Below the pieces are notes generated by a model, which saw only the letters and a list, made by a program, of their open reading frames with translations, searched no databases and was not told the DNA's origin. Positions 1-11,670 of a stretch of DNA of 64,000 bases are shown here, piece after piece (the first letter of the stretch is position 1; every line of letters starts with the position of its first letter). Location: assembly GCF_016432865.1 (NCBI RefSeq), contig NC_067402.1, positions 286,068,001 through 286,132,000 on the forward strand, in the 5' to 3' direction. Made by a program: the position numbers and the translations under genes. The stretch is from Antechinus flavipes (Eukaryota).

Positions 1-265
1 GGCCCAGGCCCGGCCCTAGGCGTGGGGGGCGGCCTCGCGCCCCTGCGCCCCCGCGCCGCCGACCCCGAGCCCCGCAAAAGAGAAATGTGGCGGCGGCGCG
101 GCTGCACCCGGCGCCGTTTGGGGCGGCCCGCGGGCGCGGGGGACGGCGCCGAGGACCCCGGCCGGCGCTGTCGGGAAGCCCCGGGAGCCGGGCAGCGGCG
201 CGGGCCGCCGCCGGGGCCCGGGGCGGCCGGGGCCGCGGGGAAAGGGCCGGTTTGGACAGCGGAAG

Positions 266-359
266 AAACACAGATGGCGGCGGCGCGGCGCCATTCCCGG
301 CCGGGAGCAGGCAGCCAGCAGCCCAGTCCTCACCGCGGTCCGCCCGTTGCCGCTAAATA
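266..359 (+). promoter_or_regulatory. H1-0: H1-0 core promoter: H1 box, YY1-like site, H4 box, TATA-like element
   Basis: AAACACA 266-272 (H1 box), AGATGGCGG 272-280, TCACCGCGGTCC 330-341 (fits TCANNNNGGTCC H4 box), TAAATA 354-359. Order matches the described vertebrate H1.0 promoter. About 550 nt without an ATG follow before the start codon. Confidence 0.8.
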
Positions 360-932
360 CCCGGATGCGCCGGCGGCCGCCTGAGAGAGCCAGACGCCAA
401 GCTGGGGAGCGGCTGAGCGGAGCGCAGCGAGCGGAGCCAAGCGAGAGCGGCCGCCGGGAGTCCGAGCCCGAACCGGAGCCGGAGCTGGGCGCTGCAGAGG
501 CCGAACCAGGCGGAGCAGCCTCGGGCACCCCGACCCACCACCGCCGCCGCTCGCAGCCAGGGGGGCCGGGCCCAGGCCGCAGCCCGGCGTCCCCGGACCC
601 CCGAGCTCTCCGGGGAAGCCGCTACAGCGCAGGGGGGGAACGCAAGGGACCCGCCGGATCCGGCTCCCGAGCTCTCTTTAGGAAGGGAGGCGGAGGACAC
701 CGAGGCCTGCCCGGGGGCGGCCTTTTCCGGACATCTCTCAGCCCTGGTCTGAGAGCCGAGCCCCCCGAAAAGGCGGCAGAGCCCGCGGTCTGGGGCCGCG
801 CCTGGTGTTCCCTTCCCAGTCACCTCCCCCCTGTGCTCCCCTAGCGGGGCGTGTTTCTCCATCCCAGGGAGGACTTGTCTCCCCAAGTGACCCGGGGACA
901 CTACGCGGAGAGAGCCGAAGCGAACCTTCAGC

Positions 933-1508
933 ATGACGGAGAACTCAGCCCCGGCTTCCAAGCCCAAGAAGGCGAAGGCCTCAAAGAAGTCCACGGACCA
1001 CCCGAAGTACTCGGACATGATCGTGGCGGCCATCCAGGCGGAGAAGAACCGGGCCGGTTCCTCCCGCCAGTCCATCCAGAAGTACATTAAGAACCACTAC
1101 AAAGTGGGAGAGAACGCGGACTCGCAGATCAAGTTGTCCATCAAAAGACTGGTCACCAATGGGGTCCTCAAGCAGACCAAAGGGGTGGGCGCCTCGGGCT
1201 CCTTCCGGTTAGCCAAGGGCGACGAGCCCAAGAAACCGGCGGTCAAGAAGGCGAAGAAGGAAGTCAAGAAGGCGGCGACCCCCAGGAGGGCGTCGAAGCC
1301 CAAGAAGGCTGCCACCACCAAGACTCCGGCCAAGAAGCCCAAAGCCGCGGCCAAGAAAGTGAAGAAAAAAGCCGCGACCCCGGCGAAGAAAGCCAAGAAG
1401 CCCAAGACTGTCAAAAGTAAGCCGGTGAAGGCGTCGAAGCCCAAGAAAGCCAAGCCCTCGAAGCCCAAAGCCAAGTCCAGTGCCAAGAAATCCGCCAAGA
1501 AGAAGTGA
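933..1508 (+). CDS. H1-0: Linker histone H1.0, single exon, 191 aa
   Basis: [74 protein letters not shown]...[10 protein letters not shown] globular domain plus a Lys/Ala/Pro-rich tail. I recognise this as H1.0. Confidence 0.99.
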   Translation: MTENSAPASKPKKAKASKKSTDHPKYSDMIVAAIQAEKNRAGSSRQSIQKYIKNHYKVGENADSQIKLSIKRLVTNGVLKQTKGVGASGSFRLAKGDEPKKPAVKKAKKEVKKAATPRRASKPKKAATTKTPAKKPKAAAKKVKKKAATPAKKAKKPKTVKSKPVKASKPKKAKPSKPKAKSSAKKSAKKK

Positions 1509-3023
1509 ACGGGAAGTCCTTCTGGACGCTTTCTGGCGCTGCTTCTGTAAATAGATTTCGCCTATCCCCGTCTCTTTCCCCCTGGTCCCCTTTCTATTGC
1601 GACTTTATAATGAGACTGAACTTTTATTCCTCGGAAATTGTTAAATAATTCCTATATTCTTAACCGATCAACCGAGAACAGTCCGATCAGCCAATCTCCA
1701 TAATCATGAGACTGTCCTTAATTTTTGTTTTGTTAACTTGTTTTTTAAGACCTTTCCGATGTAATGGATTTTAAGTCGGGGCGGGGGGGGGTGTATTTTG
1801 TATAAAGTACTTTTTGCGGGTGTGGGGAATCGGGGGACTTGGGGAGGGGGAAGGGGAACAGAGGGAAGGAGACTGCTCATTCCACCCAGAAGAAAGGGAC
1901 TTAAGTAACGCTTTCTCTCTAGTCACAGCCATTGGACAGGTCTCCAAAAGGCAGGGTCTGGGGCCCCTTTGAGGGGGACAAAGCTTGCAGGGACAAGGAG
2001 GAGGGTTATGGCCGAAAAGGAAACTCCTCTAAGACGAGTACCTTCCCAAAACACGCGGCTGGATGTTGAGAGGCAACCCGAAAGGTTCTAGTGAGCTCTC
2101 GAGGGGGGGGTCTCAGTATTTGGAATTCAGTTTCCAAACGGTGCAAGAAAGCAGCTTAATGGAACTGCGTGGAGAGGAGCTGCAACTATTAGCCATCTTT
2201 TTTTGGGGGGGCGGTGTTCCTTTGTGGATGGGAAAGGATGTATTGTCTCCTAACCTCTGAGAGGGTCTTAGGCTGGGGTGGGAACTTTGTCTGAAAGAGG
2301 CGAGGGGAGGAAGAGAGAGTCTTGAACAAGTGCCTGAATTTATCCTGTTTAAGGTTTGTGCTTGTGTGTGTCTGCATCATTGTGATAGCTTTGTTTATTC
2401 TAAGGGTTGGGTGATTTATTTTATTTTTTTCCTTGCCTTTTTCTTTTGCTCTTAAGAGGTAGGTTGGTTGGCCCGGGAGGGGGGGGAATTGGGGGTGGGG
2501 AGGGCGGCCGGGCCAGAACCCTGACTTTGCTGAATAGCGCAGAATGGCGATTTTTCGGCAAGAGTGGGCTCAGGCAGGCTCTCGCTCTAACCCGTGCCCT
2601 CCGGTCTCGCTCTCTTCCTCTGGGGTCGCTTTTCCGAACCCCAGCTTTTGTCTAATGAGCCACGTGTCCAGCGTAGAAAAGGCCCAACCTCTTCGGACTT
2701 TTTATTTTCTAGGTAGTTGTAGTCATAGTAGATTAGGGGTGGGGGACCGGGAGGAAGTGGGTGGGGAGGGGGGGAAAGGAGCGGAGAAAGACATCATGCA
2801 GTCAATTTTGAATTTGCTCAAGTAGTTTTTTACAGAGCTGGATCTGTACCTAGTCCTTGCTTAAGTTTGCTTGGTGCTGCCCCCCACTGTGGGGCAATTA
2901 GTATGTTTGTTTCTTAAGTACCCGAGGAAAATCCGGCAGGATTGATGCCTGCACCTTTCTTTCATTTGCATTGTATTTTATTTTGAGTGTGATTATTGCT
3001 GTCTTTGTAATTTTAGAGTTTGA

Positions 3024-3029
3024 AATAAA
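3024..3029 (+). terminator. H1-0: H1-0 polyadenylation signal (about 1.5 kb 3'UTR)
   Basis: AATAAA after a long U-rich UTR. No histone stem-loop after the stop codon, consistent with a replication-independent polyadenylated histone. Confidence 0.75.
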
Positions 3030-4189
3030 ATTGAAAAAAGGACCAAAAAAAAAAGCCCACCCCCCAAACTAATGCTTTTATATGCAGCTCTCTGAGGCCT
3101 TTTCCTTTCATCCGTCGCCGCCATCCGCGGTAGGTTTGGGAAATATGGGAAGGGTGGGGAGTGAAATGGGGTGTGGGGGGGAACCTTGCGAGAGAACGCC
3201 CTACGCTTAAGTCTGGGATGGGGGGAAGAGGGAGATTTGGGGTCCTGAGCACCTTAGGCCCCAAAAGGTTTGGGAGGGAGAAGGGGGCGGGGGAGCGGAA
3301 CGGGGATGGTGTGGAAGCTTCGCAGGCTGGGGCTGCGTGGCCAGGATGGGGAGGGGCTGCGCATCCGGTAAGTAAAAGGGAATAGGAATGAGGTAGGGGC
3401 TGGGGGCGGGGTGACGACTAAAACTCTTCAAGTATGAGGGTGCCAGTAGCCGGGGTCTCGTAAGTAAAGAGCGCCCCGCCCCGCCCCGCCTGAAAGCGGG
3501 GGCTGGATGGAGTCCTTGTTGCTTCATGACCATTTCCACTGCCATCCCGCTCCTGGGAGGAGCCAAATGCGCCTTGAGCCGGGGGCACTACTCGGACTAG
3601 CACCACAAGGGCTTCCCTGGTCGCTCCTGGAGAAAGCCCCCGCCCCCACTTCCTTTTTCCGAAGGTCCACCTTCCTTCCGGGGGGAGGGGGGGCGCGCTC
3701 TAAGGGACGAGGACGTTAGCCCATCCAAGGATTGGTAATGTGGGCAGATGGGGAGAGAGAAGAGCGATTCCCTGGCCCCACCCTACCCCCTTCCCTTGAG
3801 GCGCTCCGAGGCCTGGCGCGAATCCCCCCTTCTGCAGGAAGCCCACCCCAATTATTCTCCCGGCTCCTAGGATTTAGGGTCGGCCCGGACCCTGAGAGCC
3901 CTTCTCGAGTCTACACCGATCCTTGCGTCATACAGGTGAGGGCCAAAGCCCCAGAGGCGCAAGATGACAGCTCCTGAGCAGCCCAGCCAGGGCTGAAACC
4001 CACGTCTTCCGACTCCAAATCCGTCGCTCTTTTGTCTACACCCCCTAGCTCCAGGCTGGGGAGTCCCGTGTCCTCCGCTGCCCACGCGCGGGCACGCACA
4101 CGCCCCTCCCCCCCATCACGCCTGCAGCCAGCTCGGCTTGTCCTGCTGACTGCTCCATCTTTTAAATAACAGCTAATGTTTTTGTAGAG

Positions 4190-4330
4190 CTTATTATGTG
4201 CCCGGGCCCTGACACAATATCTCCTTTGATCCTCTCAACCACTCTGGGAGGTAGGTGCCATGATTACCCTCCTTCTACAGCGGAGGAAACCGAGACCGGC
4301 AGAGGTCAAATGGCTTGCAGGCTATAAAGC
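4190..4330 (-). mobile_element. MIR/CORE-SINE remnant
   Basis: 'cttctacagcggaggaaaccgagaccggcagaggtcaaatggcttgc' resembles the reverse MIR core; boundaries approximate. Confidence 0.55.
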
Positions 4331-4679
4331 TAATAGGGATCCGAGCTCGGGATGGAGAGCACTATTACTCCTTGGTCTCTCCTTGAGGGCACACCATTAT
4401 CCTTCTTTGTATCCTCAGCGATTATTACAGTGCCTGTCATTCAATACGTGCTTAAATAAGTGTTGAGTAAGGGCGTCTCTTGTCCCCCTCCTCGCCCCCC
4501 CCAAAAGTTGTTTGAGGAAAGGTTTCTCTCCAGCGCCATAGCCCCTAAAGGATAGGGAGGGGGGAGGGGCGGAGTGGGAATGGGTCCTTGATATAATTGC
4601 TTTACGAAACTTCCCGGTGCGGAGAGCCCCTTTGTCAAAGCAAGCCGACACCCGTACGATTGATAGCCTGGGACACCGA

Positions 4680-5177
4680 GCGATTGGCCTGGAGTTCCGT
4701 CGCCAATAAGTGGCAGAGGTGAGACTCGAACCCAGGCTCTCCCGGCTCCAAGGCCCCGGCTTCCTTCTCGACCTCTCAAGAAACGCTCACTGATTGGCTG
4801 ACTGGCCCCGAGTAGGTTCTCCCCAAGTGCTTCCTGTGGCTACCTGTGCGAGTTATAGACTCCTTAGCTGTAAAGTGCGGGAAGATTTTCAGCCGGTGGC
4901 GACGCTGGCGAAGGTGGCCGTGCCAGGGTAAGGGAGCGGGGAGGACGCAGAGGGAGGGCCGGGGACAGAAAGGGATGGGTAGCACTCCCAGAGCCGCTCC
5001 CCGCCACCCTCCTCCGCCCCTTTAAATGAACCCTGCTCGCGGCCCGCCCCGCCCGGCTCCCGGCCTCCCCATTGGCTGCCCGGGGGCCCCTGCCTCCCGA
5101 CTCGCGATCCCGCAGATACTGCTTGGGTGAGCGCCCCCTCCTCCGGCCTCAGCCCATTTCAGGTGTAACTGTCCGAG
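4680..5177 (+). promoter_or_regulatory. GCAT: GCAT CpG-island promoter
   Basis: CpG-rich. GC boxes 5043-5054, ATTGG 5071-5075, further CCAAT/ATTGG near 4683, 4703 and 4793, directly upstream of ATG 5178. Confidence 0.7.
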
Positions 5178-5391
5178 ATGTGGCGCGGCCGCCTTCTGAG
5201 CTCGCCCCTGGCCCGGGCCCGCCCCGTGGCTCCGGGAAGGGGAGGCCGCCGGGCGCAGTCGGCCCTGGCTCAGCTCACGGGCATCCTGGAGGAGCAGCTG
5301 GACGCGATCCGAGGGGCGGGCACGTGGAAGGGCGAGAGAATCATCACTTCCAAGCAGGGGCCGCACATTAGCGTGGAGGGCAGCGCGGGAG
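5178..5391 (+). CDS. GCAT: Glycine C-acetyltransferase (2-amino-3-ketobutyrate CoA ligase) exon 1
   Basis: MWRGRLL...RRAQSALAQLTGILEEQLDAIRGAGTWKGERIITSKQGPHISVEGSAG with an Arg-rich mitochondrial presequence. Donor G|GTAAGG, phase 1. Confidence 0.95.
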
Positions 5392-7769
5392 GTAAGGCCA
5401 GCCCTGCAGAGGGGAGGCGGGAGGCCGGCACGGATGCTGAAGGCGAGCCCTCCGTACCCCCGACCGGCGGGCTGCAGGTAGCGGCTACCTTAGGGCGGCG
5501 GCGCAGGCCCCGCCCCTTTGAGAATCACCCCCACCACCATCCCCTTTCCTCCCAAGAAAAGTGCTGGACCCTCGGAAGTAGCTGGGGGTTAAGCAGATTC
5601 ACACGCGTGTCCCATCCACGCACCCCCACCCCAGCCGCCCCTTTGTGACCGCTTCCCCCGCTCCCGTTCATTTAACCTGATTTCGCGAGGGGGGCGGACG
5701 GGCTGTTCCTGCTGACGGCAGCTGCTGCAGGGGCCAGGTGCGGGGACGTGCTAGAGGGCCAGGTCTGAGTGGGAAAGGGGGGCGGGGGCAGGCGGGGATC
5801 TCGTGGGAGAAGCCTCCTTCTGGGCAAATGCCTTCTTGCTGCCTCCGGGGAGCTCACGCTGCTCGGCTTTAAAATTCCCGGGCCTAATCGTATCCCTTTC
5901 CTCCTCACAAAGCCTCCCGTGGCCTCCCGCCTCTTGTAGGGGCCGTTAAGCATTCAGCCTTCTGTAGGCTGGCTCCACCAGCCACCCTCAGGACCACAGA
6001 GATAGCGGGGACTGCAGCAGGTGAAGGGGAAGTGGGACTTCCCAGGACCTTTTTTTTTTTTTAATTAAACAAATTCAAGGGGCAGGAATAGAGTCCTTGG
6101 TTTGAGGTCTTCCACACAGATGTTTAAGGATGGCTAATTAACTAGGGAAATTCCAGAACGGAAGAAGAGACGGGTTTAGGGTCAAATAAAGGAACGGGAG
6201 GATTCCTAAACTTGGAAAGGAGAGCAAGACTTAGAAGCGAGCGCCGTGTCTGAAAGGAGCTGAAACTTACCTCCTGACAGAAAGATCCGTCCGGTTGGAA
6301 AGAAAGATTAGTCATTTTGTACACTGAGAATCTACATGCATTTCAGGGTTCTAGCCATCCAGAAAAGGAGGGAGGATTGGTAGGAAGACATAGAAGCAAT
6401 GGGAGGTTCTCCAGCTCACCCAGCCAGAAGGAGAAAGTGGATGATGAGTTTGGGACCCAGCACATAAAACCTGGCACCGAGCTTGGACTAAATGGTCCCA
6501 GGAGCCCTCTGTGGCTTCTGTGAGTCAAAGCTAGAAAGATGGAATTAATTAGGGGTGGAAAGAAATGATTTAAGGAGAATCCAGAGTTGGTTTCCAGCTT
6601 CACCATATAGAGTGGATTTCACTATGGGTGGGTCTCTAAAACAGGTTTCTACCTAGGACAGCTCTTGGTCTCCACCTAGAAGCCTGAGGCTGTTTTGTAG
6701 TTCACTTTCTTTCTTCGAGGTTTCCCATTCACAACCAATTCTTGGAATCTAGTGGGGCTGGTGGAGGGGGAGCCTCTGAGTTGTACATCTTAGTGCAGGG
6801 ATGGGAGGATGACAAGGATCCTACTTTCTGACAGATGGATTTGGGTCAGAGGATGTACCTCCACTGCTTCCTTCCTGGCCCCCCTCACGCAAAAGCCTCC
6901 TGCTGACTCTAGGCTTGGGTCAGGGGAGACTGCTGTAGCTCCCTTTCTGAGATTCTATGCTCCTGCAGTTTCTACCAGCCCTTTCTAATACCCTATTCAC
7001 CAAGCAGGCTAGACCAGCTTTCTCCAAGGGTTGGGTCAGATCCTTAAAATCCCCTCCACCCCTAAATCCCGTGAGCCCATTCGCCGATGCTGAACTCCCA
7101 GTTTTGTCTTATTCCCTCCTGCCTTCCCACTTGGCTTTGCTGACCTAGATCTGGTGTTTTAAAAGTCACCAAGGTTTCAAAAAAGCAACGTTTCCTAAAA
7201 AACACATTGCTGTAGACCCAGGGAAAAGCAGCTCCAAGGAGAGATAAAAGCACTCCAGAAAAAGGGTATTCTCCTGCAAGGAAGTTAAAGCAGGCTGGAG
7301 AAGTCTTTAGGACTTTCTCTTTCGTATTCTGAAAACCACTTTTCTATTCCTCCTTTAAGGTCCCCCCACCCAGTTTAGCCTCAGAGCCATCCCCCAACGG
7401 GCAAAATTAATCCAACTGCCCCAGGCCTGCATCTCAACTTGGTCACGAGATTCTAAGCTGATATTGTAGGAATGTAAGAGTTAAATCTCCCTGGGGCTCA
7501 ACTCAGGCCTCTCCCCAGTTCCACTTATACCTTGGTCCACAACATCTGTTTTGTTCCCTTGCCTTGGCCCATCTACCCTCCCAGTGCCACCATTTGAAAT
7601 GCTGCCCTAAATTCCCAGGTATTGTGACTGTATGGGAGCTCTCTCCTTCCCATGATTTCTTCTCCATTTCCATTCACATGACTTAGGACACTTAGCATAG
7701 TTTCTCCCAGTTAGTCATTCCTGCCTTCCTCAGTCTGGACTTCTCAAAACCTCAGGACTAAGACAGGGA

Positions 7770-8558
7770 ATTTCTTTTCTATTTTAAATAATAGCTTTTT
7801 ATTTTCAAAATACGTGCAAAGGTAATTTGCAACATTCAATTTTGCATAACTTCGTGTTCCCAATTTTCTCCCTCTCTTCCCCCCACCCCTCCCCAGATGG
7901 CAAGTCATCCAATATATGTTAAACACGTGCAATTCTTCTAAACACATTTTCATAATTATGTTGCCCAAGAAAAATCAGATCAAAGAGAAAAAAAAGGGAA
8001 AGAAAAAAAGCAAGCAAACAACAACAAAAGTGAAAATATTATGTTGTGATCCACCCTCAGTGCCCCACAGTCTCTCTCTGGGTGTAGATGGCTCTCTTCA
8101 TCATTGGAACTGGCCTGAATCGTCTCATTGTTGAAAAGAGCCACGTCCATCAGAATTGATCATCATATATTCTTGCTGTTGCCGTGTATAATGATCTCCT
8201 GGTTCTGCTCATTTCACTCAGCATCAGTTCATGTCAATCTCTCCAGACCTCTCTGAAATCTGAAATGCTGGTCATTTCTTACGGAACAATAATATTCAAT
8301 AGCATTCATAATTTATTCAGCCAATTCTCCAATGGGTATCCACTCAGTTTCCAGTTTCTTGCCACTATTAAAAGGGCTGCCACAAACATTTTTGCACATG
8401 TGGGTCCCTTTCCCTCCTTTAAGATCTCTTTGGAGTATAAGCCCAGTAGAAACACTGCTGGATCAAAGGGGATGCACAGTTTTGTAGTCCTTTGGGTATA
8501 GTCCCAGATTGCTCTCCAGAATGTTTGGTTCAATTCACAACTCCACCAACAATGTATG
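7770..8558 (-). mobile_element. 5'-truncated marsupial L1 3' end, antisense in GCAT intron 1
   Basis: Reverse L1 tail ('ttttattttcaaaatacgtgcaaaggtaatttgcaacattc', 'cctccccagatggcaag') and ORF2 C-terminal remnant on the minus strand (ORF 8306-8533 'PFDPAVFLLGLYSKEI...CAKMFVAALL'). Confidence 0.85.
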
Positions 8559-8959
8559 AATGAGTGATAAAAATCTGTTCAACTCCAAGGAAAGATAGTC
8601 TGCTAGATGGTAAAAAGAAAAAAAATGAGAAAAACAACCCACAGAAGATAAAAGTGGAATGCAGATTAGCTCCTTGGGGTCTCAGGATCTCTACCCCCAT
8701 TAGAACTGTGCTAAGGTTTTATTCCTCCTGTGTGAATGGCCATCACCACATAGTGAGCAAGTGAAAGCTGAGACCCAACCTCCGGGCTCCTCCTTCCAGA
8801 TCCAGAGCTTGGAGACCCCCAATATAGAATCGTGGGATCTCAAGAACCAGGTGTCTTAGTTTCCCATCGTTCCCCACTCACCAGGATCCCCTCTGTTCCC
8901 CAGTACAAATCAATGCTTTTTGAACAGTGCCCTGGCATTTTACCTCCGCTTATGATTGA

Positions 8960-9270
8960 TGCCTAATAAGTGTGAGCGTGGATCACAACACAGCATTTCC
9001 ACTCCTTTTGTTGTCGTTTGCTTGCTTTATTTTCTTTTTCATTTTTTTTTCTTTTTGATCTGTGCAGCAAGATAATTGTATAAATATGTATACATAAATT
9101 GGATTTAACATGTATTTTTACTGTTTAACATACATTGGATGACTTGCCATCTAGGGGAGTAGGTGGGGAAAGGGGGGATTGGAATACAAGGTTTTGCAAG
9201 GGTCAGTGTTGAAAAATTGTCCGTGCATATGTTTGGAAATGAAAAGCTTTAATTAAAAAAAAAAAGTGTG
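8960..9270 (+). mobile_element. L1 3'UTR fragment
   Basis: 'gacttgccatctaggggag...aaggttttgcaagggtcagtgttgaaaaattgtccgtgcatatg' followed by an A tail; boundaries approximate. Confidence 0.75.
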
Positions 9271-10219
9271 TGTATTGACTTAATTGGCTGAATGAGTAGA
9301 GCCACGGTGCTCTGCAAAGGAGAGAGGGGAGAAGAGCAGTATAAACATAACCCTGAGCTTCTAGCCTTGATGTCCTAAGGCTCTTGGATGGGCTGATTAT
9401 ACACAGGTTGTTTCCCCCATTCAAATATAAGTACCTTGGACACTGGGGCCTCAGGCTTTCATCGTCTCCTCTGCCTGTTTTACTATAAAACGCACAAATA
9501 ATTAATTAAACAATATCCCTAGGACGCTTCAAGTGCCCCTAAGTAGCACTTGGAGTCCGCTGTCTATTGGGAAGAAATGGCGTGCGCTGGGGTCCTTAGA
9601 GAAGGCTTCTGGTTAGAGGCAGCTTTTGAACTGGGCTTTGAAGGCTGCAAAGAATCTGAAGGGAGGGAGATAAGAGGCAGAATATTTCCAGGGGGGAAGG
9701 AGGGGCTTGGAAGCAGAGATGGTCCAGTTCCTGGGCCCTGTGAAGGACTGGGTGTCCTTCAAGCTGACCCTAGCCCTGCCCCCTGTGACTTTGGAACAGA
9801 ACCCTGGGTCCGCCATCTGTGAAACAGGGAAGCCAGGGTAGGGTCGGTGACTGAGAGGAGCTGGCAAACACTAGCCACCTGCGGGGCCTCTGGAAGTGGG
9901 AGATATGGAACAAGACAGATAAAAACACATTAGAGCAGAGATAATGGGGGGGGGGGGGTTCTCTGTCAGATGAGAACTGCAGGGAGCCTTCCATCTAGGT
10001 TAGTGGCCCGTGTTCTGTTTGGGTACCAGTGGGCTAGACTTGGTTAGCCAGAAATGAGCAAAGGAAAATGGGTCAGAACACCCGCCAGCCAGCGCAGCCC
10101 CAGCCAGTGTTCTCACCCTGGAGTAGTGGGATGTCTGCACTCTCCCACCCTCTGGCCTGGGGCCCAGAAAACGGCTGTTGACTTTGGCTGCTCTCTTCAG
10201 TGGCCCCCAGACCGCTCCA

Positions 10220-10975
10220 GCCACTTCCCTCCTCTTCCCTCCTTTTCTCCCCCCCCCCCTCCTTCACTCTTCCCTTCATTGTCTCTCTCCTCTTTCTCCC
10301 TTTTTCTTTCCCTCCTTCTCTCTTTCTCTCCCTCGCTGCCACTTCCCTTCTCTTCCTTCCTTTTCTCCTTCACTCTTCCCTTCATTGTCTCTCTCCTCTT
10401 TCTCCCTTTTTCTTTCCCTCCTCTCTTTCTCTCTCTTGCTACCACTTCCCTTCTCTTCCTTCCTTTTCTCCTTCACTCTTCCTTTCTTTGTCTCTCTCCT
10501 CTTTCTCCCTCTTTCTTTCCCTCCTTCTCTCTCTCTCTCCCTCGCTGCCACTTCCCTTCTCTTCCCTCCTTTTCTGCTTCACTCTTCCTTTCTTTGTCTC
10601 TCTCCTCTTTCTCCTTCTTTCTTTCCTCCTTCTCTCTCTCTCTCCCTCGCTGCCACTTCCCTTCTCTTCCCTCCTTTTCTGCTTCACTCTTCCTTTCTTT
10701 GTCTCTCTCCTCTTTCTCCCTCTTTCTTTCCCTCCTTCTCTCTTTCTCTCTCATTGCCACTTCCCTTCTCTTCCCTCCTTTTCTCCCCTCCCTTTTCCTT
10801 CACTTTTCCTCTCTATGTCTCTCTGTTCTTTCTTTCCCTCCTCTCTTTTTCTCCCTTGCTGCCACTTCCCTTCTCTTCCCTCCTTTTCTCCCCTCCCTTC
10901 TCCTTCACTCTTCCTCTCTTTGTCTCTCTCCTCTCCTTTCTCCCTCTTTCTCTCCCTCGCTGCCTCTTCCCCTCT
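10220..10975 (+). repeat. About 105-bp polypyrimidine tandem repeat, about 7 copies
   Basis: Unit anchor 'gccacttccc' or a close variant at 10220, 10338, 10441, 10547, 10652, 10756, 10861, 10962. Confidence 0.9.
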
Positions 10976-11199
10976 GTGTCTGTCACTAACTTGTGTGTAC
11001 ACAAACACACACACCCCGTCATCACCATCCCCCAGACCTGAGAGATGTCTCATTTTGCAGATTAGAAAGCTGGGGCCCAGCCTTCCCGTTTGCACCGAGG
11101 GTCCACGGCCTGTGTTGGATGAGACACTGAAAGGTTTTGGGTTCCCGAATCCCTGGACTCAATAACAACCCTTACGGGGTTAGCAAGGTGGCAGAACAT

Positions 11200-11370
11200 T
11201 TTACATCCCCTGAATCTCCTTGCACTCCTCAGAAGCAGGTGCTATTATTATGATTCCCATTTTACAGATAGGTAACTAAGGCTGAGAGAGTTTAAATGAC
11301 AGGTCAGGGTTCCATAGCAAATAGGGGACTGAGGTCACGTTTCAAGTCGGATCTGCCCCGGATTTACATC
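11200..11370 (-). mobile_element. MIR remnant
   Basis: 'tattatgattcccattttacagataggtaactaaggctgagagagtttaaatgac' fits the reverse MIR core. Confidence 0.6.
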
Positions 11371-11539
11371 AGGAGATCTGGGGAGGAAGCCGGGTTCTCC
11401 TGCTTAGAACCTACAAGCCCCTGGGACACTACTTCCCCAAGCAGCCTGTTTCCTCACCCATAAAATAAGAGAGTTGTCGTGAGCTCCGAGGACTCTCCCG
11501 GATCCAAACCATGTGATTTTTCCCACTTCTGTCCCACAG

Positions 11540-11670
11540 GGATCCTTAATTTCTGCGCCAACAACTACCTGGGTCTTTCCAGCCACCCAGAGGTGATCCA
11601 AGCTGGTCTGAAGGCCCTGGAGCAGTTTGGAGCGGGTCTCAGCTCCGTCCGGTTCATCTGTGGGACGCAG
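11540..11670 (+). CDS. GCAT: GCAT exon 2
   Basis: cccacag| (G)[43 protein letters not shown] |GTACGC. Confidence 0.97.

Noticed and set aside
800-867. Acceptor-like pyrimidine tract plus AG in the H1-0 5'UTR
   Set aside because: No convincing upstream donor, and H1.0 genes are known to be intronless.
16-1090. Overlapping 80-244 aa ORFs upstream of and antisense to H1-0
   Set aside because: Stop-poor CpG island, Pro/Gly/Arg-rich translations, no domain motifs.
5478-5483. Alternative donor CAG|GTAGCG that would extend GCAT exon 1
   Set aside because: Phase 0 versus the required phase 1 would frameshift exon 2.
10054-11165. Three 287-321 aa Leu/Ser/Phe/Pro ORFs resembling membrane proteins
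   Set aside because: Artefact of the C/T-only repeat, which cannot encode stop codons.
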